Shown: positions 28,590 to 35,900 of the stretch, in pieces | How the letters are laid out: the number at the start of each line of letters is the position of its first letter | Position numbering within the stretch: the stretch's first letter is position 1 | Assembly: GCA_035703635.1 (NCBI GenBank) | Contig: DASSXV010000064.1 | Coordinates: 1 to 38,439 of the forward strand | From: Trueperaceae bacterium | Lineage (GTDB): Bacteria; Deinococcota; Deinococci; Deinococcales; Trueperaceae | DNA length: 38,439 bases | Direction: 5' to 3' | The notes under the pieces: generated by a model | The model's input: only the letters and a program-made list of their open reading frames with translations | Told to the model about the DNA's origin: nothing | Database searches by the model: none | Program-made: the position numbers and the translations under genes

Positions 28590-30724
28590 TTAGGCGCCGT
28601 CGCCTGGATGGCTGTGAGCGCGATGGTGTAGACGATGTCGTCGACGAGCGCCCCGCGCGACAAGTCGTTGACTGGGCGCCTCAGGCCCTGCAGCATCGGT
28701 CCGACTGACACGACCCCAGCCGAGCGCTGCACGGCCTTGTAGGTGGCGTTGCCGCTGTTGAGATCCGGAAAGACCAGCACGGTTGCCTTGCCGGCGACGG
28801 GGCTGCCCGGCGCCTTGCTGCTCGCCACCCCTGGCACGGTCGCCGCGTCGTACTGCAGCGGCCCGTCGAGCAGGAGGTCTGGGCGGCGCTCGTGCGCTAT
28901 GCGCGTCGCCTCGCGCACCTTGTCTACGTCGGCCCCCTCGCCCGACGTTCCTGTCGAGTAGCTGAGGAGGGCCACGCGCGGTTCGATGCCGAAGGCCGCC
29001 GCCGAGTTGGCGGACTGGATGGCGATGTCAGCCAACTCTTCTGCGTTGGGGTCCGGGTTGACGGCGCAGTCGCCGTAAACGAGGACCTGGTCTGGCAGAC
29101 ACATGAAGAAGACGGAAGACACGAGCTTGGCGTCCTCATGCGTCTTGATGAGCTGCAGCGCGGGCCGCACGGTGTTGGCCGTGGTGTGAAGAGCGCCAGA
29201 GACGAGTCCGTCCACCTCGCCTAGCGCCAGCATCATGGTGCCGAGCACGACGTTGTCGCGGAGTTGGTTGCGTGCGCCATCGGCTGTCAGGCCCTTGTGC
29301 TTGCGCAACTCGACCATGGCGGCCACATAGCTCTCCCTCAGTGCATCGGTAGGTTCGACGAGTTCGACGCCAGCGCCTAGGGTCACGCCCTGCGCCTCCG
29401 CCACGCGGCGGATCTCGACCGGATCGCCGAGCAGCACGCAGGTCGCTATGCCCCGCTCGCCGCACTCTGCCGCCGCCTTGACGGTGCGTGGCTCCTCGCC
29501 TTCGGGCAGAACCACGCGCTTACCCGCCTCACGCGACAACTCGACGAGGCGGTAGAGGAACGCTGGCGGCGAGAGCCTTAGGTCACGGCGCCCACCCACC
29601 CTCGCACGCAGGACCTCCATGTCGAGGTGCTCCGCGGCCGACGTCATGACGCGCTCCATGCGTTCGACATCATCGCTTGGCACTTCTAGGTTCATGGCGG
29701 CGGCTCGTGCCGCCGTGACGTACGAGTCGGTGTTGACGCTGAGGACGGGCAGGCCGGTCGCCATCGCCTTCTCGCACAACTTCATGACGTTGGCGTTCGG
29801 GACCATGTCGCCCGTCAGCACGAGACCCGCTAGGGGCACGCCGTTGAGGGCGGCCATGCACACCGCGAGGATGACGTCGTCACGGTCCGCTGGCGTTATC
29901 AGCAGCGCGTCCGGCCGCAGGCGGTGCGTCATGTGCGCGACCGAGCGCGCCACCAACGACACGTCAACTACGCGCCTAGTCGCCAACTCGCCCTCGTTCA
30001 AGACGGTGGCACCAAGGTGTTTGGCCACGTCGAGGGTGCGAGGCGAGACCATGGCGGGGCTCCAGGGCACGGCGCCTACCAGCATGAAGCCTGGGTGACG
30101 GAAGACGCGCAACGACTTCTTGAGGGTCTCGGCGTCGAGAGTGACGTCAGGCAACCGGATTCCGGTGCGCGTTGCGCCAACGACCTCGACGGTCGGCGCG
30201 TTCAGTTGGTTGACGACGACCCCGAAAACGTGCGGGCTGGCGGTGCCGCCGAACGGCTGCGCCGCCAGCTCGAGGCGGTCGTCGAGCGCCTGCAAGTTCG
30301 GTTGCGGGGTGGCCACGAGCAGCACTTGACAGTCGAGCGCCCGTGCGATCTCGCCGTTCAAGGCGTCGAGGCTCGGGTGATCGGCGGTGGCGGCGAGGCC
30401 CTCGACGATCATCACGTCGGCATTGACGGCGGCGTGCTCGTAACGCCCTACGATGGCCTGCAGTAGCTCAGACTGCCTGCCGGCGGCAAGCTGTGCTTCC
30501 GCCTCCATGTAGCTCAACGGCTCACCGGGGAGGATGCTCGTGCTGCGCCGCACGAACTCGGTAGACCGCTCGAGCCCGAGGTCGTCTCCCGGTTGCCGAA
30601 TGGGCTTGATGAACCCGACGCGCAGACCCCCCTGCTCTAGCGCCCTCACGAGGCCGAGGCAGATAGATGTGAGGCCCACGCCTGGACCGGTAGGGACGAC
30701 GAAGAAGCCTTTAGCAGTAGCCAT
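28586..30724 (-). CDS. pta: Phosphate acetyltransferase, long form (P-loop + DRTGG + PTA)
   Basis: GVGLTS, FIKPI, TPADRDD, LSPPAF, VLPEGEEPRT, GALHTTANTVRPALQ, DGPLQYDAA, PVNDLSRG. Confidence 0.96.
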   Translation of the reverse strand: MATAKGFFVVPTGPGVGLTSICLGLVRALEQGGLRVGFIKPIRQPGDDLGLERSTEFVRRSTSILPGEPLSYMEAEAQLAAGRQSELLQAIVGRYEHAAVNADVMIVEGLAATADHPSLDALNGEIARALDCQVLLVATPQPNLQALDDRLELAAQPFGGTASPHVFGVVVNQLNAPTVEVVGATRTGIRLPDVTLDAETLKKSLRVFRHPGFMLVGAVPWSPAMVSPRTLDVAKHLGATVLNEGELATRRVVDVSLVARSVAHMTHRLRPDALLITPADRDDVILAVCMAALNGVPLAGLVLTGDMVPNANVMKLCEKAMATGLPVLSVNTDSYVTAARAAAMNLEVPSDDVERMERVMTSAAEHLDMEVLRARVGGRRDLRLSPPAFLYRLVELSREAGKRVVLPEGEEPRTVKAAAECGERGIATCVLLGDPVEIRRVAEAQGVTLGAGVELVEPTDALRESYVAAMVELRKHKGLTADGARNQLRDNVVLGTMMLALGEVDGLVSGALHTTANTVRPALQLIKTHEDAKLVSSVFFMCLPDQVLVYGDCAVNPDPNAEELADIAIQSANSAAAFGIEPRVALLSYSTGTSGEGADVDKVREATRIAHERRPDLLLDGPLQYDAATVPGVASSKAPGSPVAGKATVLVFPDLNSGNATYKAVQRSAGVVSVGPMLQGLRRPVNDLSRGALVDDIVYTIALTAIQATAPN

Positions 30725-30926
30725 GCCGATGTTCGCCGCGGTTGCGGCGCCTCCTTCACCACCTTACGACTAGCGCCCCGAACGCGCTCGGGACGACTGA
30801 CCCTGCAGCCATGTGCGTGGTACACGTGAAATGCCCGAAGTGCCACACACTAGACTGTCGTCTTGCCCTACACTTACGCACCGGACGTCATGCACAGGTC
30901 CCCAGGCGTCCTGGAAGGAGCGGTTG

Positions 30927-31478
30927 ATGACGGATCAAGTACCTTCTGACCGCAGCGATCAACCCGGTACCGAACCGCAGAGTGCGCCACTACCACCCGT
31001 CGGTGCCCCTACCGGAACGCCGCCAACCGCGACCACCACCAACTCGAAGCCTGACGTCGGCAAGCGCGCCATCGCGTACATCATCGATGCAGTGATCGCG
31101 AGCATCCTCGGCTATATCCCCGTGATCGGCAGCCTGCTCGGCTTCGCGTACATCCTCACGCGTGACGGCTTCTCGTTCGAGTTCATGGACGGCCGCTCGG
31201 TCGGCAAGAAGCTGATGAAGTTGAGGCCAGTCCGCGACGACGGTGGCACCATGGACATCACCACCTCGATCAAACGCAACTGGACCCTAGCCGTTGGCTC
31301 CCTAGGCTTCCTCGTCGTGTACGCGCCGTTCCTCGGCATCATCGCCCTGTCGCTGCTCCTGACGCTCGTTGGGGCCATCATCGGCATCATCGAGCTTTAC
31401 CTCGTCCTCACCGCACCTGACGGCCGGCGCCTCGGCGACCGCTTCGCTGGCACCCACGTCATCGAGGTTGACTCCTAA
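30927..31478 (+). CDS. RDD family membrane protein
   Basis: KRAIAYIID, SVGKKLMKLR, RRLGDRFAGTHV; AAGGAG SD before ATG 30927. Confidence 0.88.
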   Translation: MTDQVPSDRSDQPGTEPQSAPLPPVGAPTGTPPTATTTNSKPDVGKRAIAYIIDAVIASILGYIPVIGSLLGFAYILTRDGFSFEFMDGRSVGKKLMKLRPVRDDGGTMDITTSIKRNWTLAVGSLGFLVVYAPFLGIIALSLLLTLVGAIIGIIELYLVLTAPDGRRLGDRFAGTHVIEVDS

Positions 31479-31948
31479 GGCTGCTTGTCTTCGCCTTCCG
31501 GCCCCTGGGGCGCTGCCGTTCTGCGGCGCCCCTGTCCTTTCTCCCGTAGCGTTGCGATGGTCACGACGCGCTTGCTCATCGCCAGCAAGAACACGACCAT
31601 GGCAGCCAGTAGCAGCACGCCGCTGCTGATGAAGAGCAGGTGCACGCCGTTCGCTGGGGTCGTGCGCCACCACGGTTCGCTCACCACGCGCAGGACGAGG
31701 CCCGCCTGGAGCAGCAGGAACGTCGCTGCCTCCCAGGTGGTCTGCTTGATGCCGCCTGGCCTCGGCAGCATCCAGTACGCCACCCCCATGACCATGCCGA
31801 GGAAGAAGCCGATGAGGCCCATGTGCGCGTGAGTCGGCCGGAACGGGCTGGCCAAAGCCGGCCAGATGCTAACGACGACGCCAAGCGCTCCGGTGGCCAC
31901 CAGCCACCCGAGCGCGGCGCGCAAGAACGCGACCTGCCATCTGCTCAC
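31475..31948 (-). CDS. 4-TM membrane protein with HAH..LIGF..GVAYW..PR motif (NnrS/heme-copper oxidase-like repeat)
   Basis: THAHMGLIGFFLGMVMGVAYWMLPR; TAAGTT 6 nt upstream of the GTG. Confidence 0.7.
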   Translation of the reverse strand: MSRWQVAFLRAALGWLVATGALGVVVSIWPALASPFRPTHAHMGLIGFFLGMVMGVAYWMLPRPGGIKQTTWEAATFLLLQAGLVLRVVSEPWWRTTPANGVHLLFISSGVLLLAAMVVFLLAMSKRVVTIATLREKGQGRRRTAAPQGPEGEDKQP

Positions 31949-31979
31949 AGCGCGAACTTAACCCATGGTCGTAACGAAC

Positions 31980-32013
31980 GTGCCGCCGCGCAGGAAGAAC
32001 TACGCGGCGGCAC
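31980..32013 (-). terminator. 11-bp perfect hairpin downstream of the DUF2249 gene
   Basis: GTGCCGCCGCG-12 nt-CGCGGCGGCAC, followed on the minus strand by GTTCGTT. Confidence 0.6.
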
Positions 32014-32030
32014 AATACGGTGGTCGAGGG

Positions 32031-32255
32031 TCAGTTGACCTTGCCGATGCGTACGCGCCAGGTCTCTGGGCCCTGCTCGAGGTACTCCCACTCGACCGTT
32101 CCGCTGCGCTCGACTTGGAACTGGTAGTAAAGCGGCTTCGGGTCATGATCGTTGACGAGCTCGAACGACTGGCCTGCCTCCAAGTCATCGAACGTCTTGA
32201 ACAGGAGCGGGTGCCGCTCACGGGGCGGGATGGTGCGCACGTCTATCTGCTTCAT
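32031..32255 (-). CDS. DUF2249 domain protein
   Basis: IDVRTIPPRERHPLLF..FDDL..G.SFELVNDHDPKPLYYQF...GPETWRVRIGK; AAGGAGG SD. Confidence 0.88.
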   Translation of the reverse strand: MKQIDVRTIPPRERHPLLFKTFDDLEAGQSFELVNDHDPKPLYYQFQVERSGTVEWEYLEQGPETWRVRIGKVN

Positions 32256-32436
32256 CGGTTCCTCCTTCGGCCCACTTGATCGCCCCTGTGGGGCAGTTGG
32301 CCATGGCTTCTATGGTCAGGCTGGATACCGGCACGTGCTCGAGTGAGTCCCTGATGCCTGGGGCGATCTCGTCGCAGATGCCGCAGTCGATGCAGGCGTC
32401 GAGGTCGACGTACATTTCGCTCGGTCTAAGTGCCAT
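32218..32436 (-). CDS. Single-cluster [4Fe-4S] ferredoxin
   Basis: CIDCGIC...CPTGAI; AGGAG SD. Confidence 0.82.
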   Translation of the reverse strand: MALRPSEMYVDLDACIDCGICDEIAPGIRDSLEHVPVSSLTIEAMANCPTGAIKWAEGGTDEADRRAHHPAP

Positions 32437-32773
32437 GCTTGGCTCCTAGCTGCCTAACGCCGATGACGGTCAAGGTGCCCTCGCCGGCAACTAGCGCCTT
32501 ACGCGCGCCTGGCGGGATGTGCACGACGTCACCTGAACCAACGGCGTAGCTCTCGTCGTTCTCCGTGATCGTGCCTGAGCCTTCAAGCACCGTGAAGATC
32601 GTCTCTGCGCCGTCGCCCTCGGGGGCCACGATCTGCTGTCCCTTCTGAAGGCACAGGAGCATCACGGCCATGTTCTCACCAACGTGCAGTGGCCGCGGGA
32701 CTGGTCCGCGCTCCGAGAAGCGCGCCACCGCCGAGGTCTTGAAGAGCGGCACGCTAGTCCCCGCGCGGGCCAT
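32426..32773 (-). CDS. Cupin domain protein lacking His metal ligands
   Basis: LQKGQQI...ETIFTVLEGSG...GDVVHIPPGARK cupin pattern. Confidence 0.8.
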   Translation of the reverse strand: MARAGTSVPLFKTSAVARFSERGPVPRPLHVGENMAVMLLCLQKGQQIVAPEGDGAETIFTVLEGSGTITENDESYAVGSGDVVHIPPGARKALVAGEGTLTVIGVRQLGAKHGT

Positions 32774-33101
32774 GGCCCGCCTCTAGCCCTTGCAGGCGGG
32801 CCGGCAGCCCTAGCTGAGCGAGCGCTAGCAAGAGGCCTTCCTGCTCTTGACCGCTGAGGCCCCGCAGACGAAACGCCTGCCCGAGGTTGACCGTATGTGC
32901 CATGGCCCACCGCATGGGGGCCTGCGAGAGCAGCGTGAAGCCGTGGGCGATCAGGGTGCCTAGGGCGTCCTCGTGGGCGTCGATGATGGTTGAGACGCGC
33001 GCGCTTAGCATCACCTCGCGCTCCTGAGGCTGGAGGGGCTGAGGTGCCACTGCCTGGGGCGCCAGGTCGTCAGGTGAGTGGGTTTCGGTATCCTGCCGCA
33101 C
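32754..33101 (-). CDS. DUF1858-like protein
   Basis: VSTIIDAHEDALGTLIAHGFTLLSQAPMRWAMAHTVNLGQAFRLRG resembles DUF1858; start GTG 33101 favoured by promoter symmetry (track gives 33128). Confidence 0.65.
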   Translation of the reverse strand: MRQDTETHSPDDLAPQAVAPQPLQPQEREVMLSARVSTIIDAHEDALGTLIAHGFTLLSQAPMRWAMAHTVNLGQAFRLRGLSGQEQEGLLLALAQLGLPARLQGLEAGHGPRGD

Positions 33102-33136
33102 GAGCCAAGCCTCGCAAGCGGGCGGCATCTCCGACC

Positions 33137-33150
33137 ATGACGTAGGTCAT
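33137..33150. promoter_or_regulatory. Crp/Fnr-type palindrome ATGAC-N4-GTCAT in the divergent promoter
   Basis: Perfect 5-4-5 palindrome with TGA-N6-TCA core; centred 41.5 bp from ATG 33185 and 42.5 bp from GTG 33101. Confidence 0.7.
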
Positions 33151-33184
33151 TGGCCAGCCGGGCCACAAGGCCGAAGCTTAGGTC

Positions 33185-33406
33185 ATGGCCGAGACATTCC
33201 TCGATAACCGTGGGCTCGAGCCCCCCAACCCGATGATCCGCACCCTCGAGGCGCTAGATGCGATGGCGCCTGGTGACGTGCTCGTGATCCACAACGACCG
33301 CGTGCCCATCTACCTGCTACCTCAGTTGGTCGATGCTGGCGCGGAGTACGAGGTAGCAGAACAAGTAGACGGCAGCGCACAAGTGCGCATCACGAAGGGT
33401 GCCTGA
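33185..33406 (+). CDS. DUF2249 domain protein (TusA/SirA-like, no Cys)
   Basis: LDNRGLEPPNPMIRTLEAL..M.PGD.L.IHNDRVPIYLLPQL. Confidence 0.85.
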   Translation: MAETFLDNRGLEPPNPMIRTLEALDAMAPGDVLVIHNDRVPIYLLPQLVDAGAEYEVAEQVDGSAQVRITKGA

Positions 33407-33412
33407 CCGGAA

Positions 33413-34720
33413 GTGATGCCCCGCCTTGGTGCCGATGGGGCACCGCCGGTACTTCCGATCGCGTCGCTCTTGTTAGGCGCGCTAGCCCTCGCGCTGGTTG
33501 GCTTGCTCGTGCTCCTCTCCCCTTCGGCGTTCGCCGGTTACCTTGGCCTGCCGCGCGTGGTCGCCATCAACCACGTCTTCACGCTCCTGTTCGTCGGGCT
33601 CGTGTTCGCAGGCACACTACAGCAGTTGCCTGCCGTAATGTTCGTCACGAAGCTGGCATGGCCGCGCCTAGGCTGGATCACGCTGCCGCTCCTCGCCGTT
33701 GGCAGCGTCGCGGTCGTCATCGGCTTCTTCCGCGGCTTCTCGGCCCCCTGGCTGGCCTTCGGGGCAGCGGCAGCTAGCCTCGCGTGGGTGGCCCTTGTCG
33801 TGCAATTGGCGAGGACTGCCATGCAACGCTGGCCCAAGGATCCGGGTAGCCACGCGCTTCTCCTCTCAGCACTGTTCCTCGCTCTGGCCGTGATCCTCGG
33901 CTTCACGCTTGCAAGCGCCCGCACGACTCCGAGCGTGGCGGCACAAGTCGGTTATCCGGTGCAGCTCCACTTCACTGTCGGGCTGTTCGGCGCCTTCCTA
34001 CTTGGCATCATCGGCTCAGGCCAGAAACTCCTCTCGATGTTCGCGCTCTCGAAGGGTGGGCCGCAGTGGCGCGTGCGCTATGCCACCTACGCCGTTGCGG
34101 CCGCCATCTTGCTGGAGGCGCTAGCTGCCTTCGCGCGCCTTCCGCTCATCACTGCCTCGCACGTGCTGCTAGCGATCGGCTGCGCCCTACAAGCGTGGGA
34201 GGTCCTCAACATCCTGCGGCGCCGCCTGCGCAAGCGCCTCGAGTTGCCCATCCAGCGCTACGTTCTCGCGCACGCCTTCCTGCCACTTGCCGGAACAGCG
34301 TTGCTCTTCGGACAGGGCGGGGCTGCGATGATCCTCTTCTTGCTTGGCTTCGTTGGACTGGCCGTGAGCGGCATGCTCGTCAAGATCTTGTCGTTCCTGA
34401 CGTGGACCTGGCAGTTCGCTGGTGCGAGCACCGGCGGCGTGTCAGGCGGGGCGCCGCTGTTACGCGACCTCGTAAAGGACGAACTCGAGCCCGTCATCAC
34501 CTGGGGACTCGTCCTGGCCGCCGCGGCCCTCGCCGCCGCGACCGCTTGGAGCAGCGAGCTGCTAGCCGTCGTCGCTGGCGCAGCGACGCTACTGGCCGGC
34601 GTGGCGCTGTTCGCGCAGGCCAGCCACGTGGTTGGCGTCACGGTCCGCTCGAAGCGGCGCCTGGCGGCCGCCGCAGCCGCGGCGCACGCCGCCAAGACTC
34701 TGGAGGAAGCCCGCGCATGA
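33413..34720 (+). CDS. Polytopic (about 12 TM) membrane protein with three NnrS/heme-copper-oxidase-like repeats
   Basis: Repeats NHVFTLLF..GTLQQLPAVM, LHFTVGLFG..GSGQKLLSMF, LFLLGFVG..GMLVKILSFLTW. Confidence 0.72.
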   Translation: MMPRLGADGAPPVLPIASLLLGALALALVGLLVLLSPSAFAGYLGLPRVVAINHVFTLLFVGLVFAGTLQQLPAVMFVTKLAWPRLGWITLPLLAVGSVAVVIGFFRGFSAPWLAFGAAAASLAWVALVVQLARTAMQRWPKDPGSHALLLSALFLALAVILGFTLASARTTPSVAAQVGYPVQLHFTVGLFGAFLLGIIGSGQKLLSMFALSKGGPQWRVRYATYAVAAAILLEALAAFARLPLITASHVLLAIGCALQAWEVLNILRRRLRKRLELPIQRYVLAHAFLPLAGTALLFGQGGAAMILFLLGFVGLAVSGMLVKILSFLTWTWQFAGASTGGVSGGAPLLRDLVKDELEPVITWGLVLAAAALAAATAWSSELLAVVAGAATLLAGVALFAQASHVVGVTVRSKRRLAAAAAAAHAAKTLEEARA

Positions 34721-35049
34721 CCGAAACAGAGCTGACCGAAATCAACCCAGCCGTTCCAGCACGCAACGTGCTCGAGGCCCTTCACGCGGTCATCGACCCG
34801 GAACTCGGCCTCGACATCGTTAGCCTCGGCATGGTTTATGCCGTGGCGGTGGTCGACTCTCAAGTAGCTATCGAGATGACCTTGACAACGCCAGGCTGCC
34901 CGCTTCACGGGAGCATCGAGGCGGACGTGCGTCACTGCCTCAATCAAGTGCCTGGGGTTGGCGACATCGGCGTCGAGCTCGTGTGGGACCCACCCTGGAC
35001 GCCGGACTCCATGAGCGCCGAAGCTAAACGCTCACTCGGGTTCTACTGA
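34717..35049 (+). CDS. DUF59 / SufT-like metal-sulfur cluster assembly factor
   Basis: VIDPELGLDIVSLGMVY, MTLTTPGCP, VWDPPWTP; ATGA overlap with the upstream gene and GGAGG SD. Confidence 0.92.
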   Translation: MTETELTEINPAVPARNVLEALHAVIDPELGLDIVSLGMVYAVAVVDSQVAIEMTLTTPGCPLHGSIEADVRHCLNQVPGVGDIGVELVWDPPWTPDSMSAEAKRSLGFY

Positions 35050-35082
35050 CAGCCGCGTTCGAGAGGGCCGCCTAGGCGCAGC

Positions 35083-35760
35083 TTAGCGCCCGGCTGAGTT
35101 CGCCATCTCTTGGAGTTGCGCACGGTTCAAGCTCGTCACGGTGCGGCCTTGCAGTTCGATGGCCCCGCCAGCGTGCAACCGGGAGAGGTTGCGGCTGACG
35201 AGTTCCGGAACCGTGCCCAACTGCGCTGCGATGGCCCCGTTCGTGTCTAGCACGAACGGCACGCCGTCCTGCGCCACCCAGAGCAGGTAACGCGCCAGGC
35301 GGTGCACGACTTCCTGGAACGAGATCTGTTCGACGAGTGCGACCAAGCGCCGCAAGCGCCTTCCAAGCATGCCCATCAAGTGCAGCGCTATCTCCGGCCG
35401 CTCACGCAGGATGCGTTGGAAGCCGACCTGTTCAAGCCACAGCACCTCGCTTGCCTCGGCCGCCTCTGCGCTCGCCGGGTATGGGCCGCCGTCGAGCGAC
35501 ACAAGTTCGGCCACCGCGTTGAACGGGTGCTCGACGGCGAGCACGACCTCGCGGCCGCTAGCCGGCGAGATGACGTAGATCTTGACCCTCCCGCTGACCA
35601 CGACGGCCAGCCCCTTGGCGGCCTCACCAGCCATGAACAGCGGCTCACCCGCCTCCAGGTGCCGGCGCCGCGCCACCGTTGCCAGGGCGTGCAGGTCCGC
35701 CTCGGCCAGCTCCGCGAACAGCGGGCAACGGGCGAGGACCTGAGCGTCGGATAACGGCAT
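35083..35760 (-). CDS. Crp/Fnr family transcriptional regulator
   Basis: PLFAEL, GRVKIY, GREVVL, YPASAEA, HTH IAAQLGTVPELVSRNLSRL; TAGCGT 6 nt upstream of the ATG. Confidence 0.93.
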   Translation of the reverse strand: MPLSDAQVLARCPLFAELAEADLHALATVARRRHLEAGEPLFMAGEAAKGLAVVVSGRVKIYVISPASGREVVLAVEHPFNAVAELVSLDGGPYPASAEAAEASEVLWLEQVGFQRILRERPEIALHLMGMLGRRLRRLVALVEQISFQEVVHRLARYLLWVAQDGVPFVLDTNGAIAAQLGTVPELVSRNLSRLHAGGAIELQGRTVTSLNRAQLQEMANSAGR

Positions 35761-35900
35761 CCGCTAACGCTAACCGCTAACGCCGCCGGGCGTGGCAACT
35801 AGGGTACGGGGTTAGCATAGCGGGCGCCCGCCAGCCGGCATCCGCGGCAGGCGCCCGCGACGACCATGGGTGAGGTGGCCGCCCCTCCTGGAGGCTAGAG

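Noticed and set aside
30811-30927. 38-aa Cys/His-rich ORF (MCVVHVKCPKCHTLDC...) whose stop overlaps the RDD start; possible zinc-ribbon uORF
   Set aside because: Only one CxxC, no SD, and -10-like hexamers (TAGACT 30851, TACACT 30869) lie inside it, so it is more simply promoter DNA. Not fully excluded.
33185-33406. TusA sulfurtransferase call
   Set aside because: Has EPPNP instead of the catalytic CPxP and contains no Cys; DUF2249 fits better.
33413-34720. Cytochrome c oxidase subunit I or NorB call
   Set aside because: Lacks the six conserved His ligands, including the HH pair and HPxVY, and no subunit II or cytochrome c gene is adjacent.
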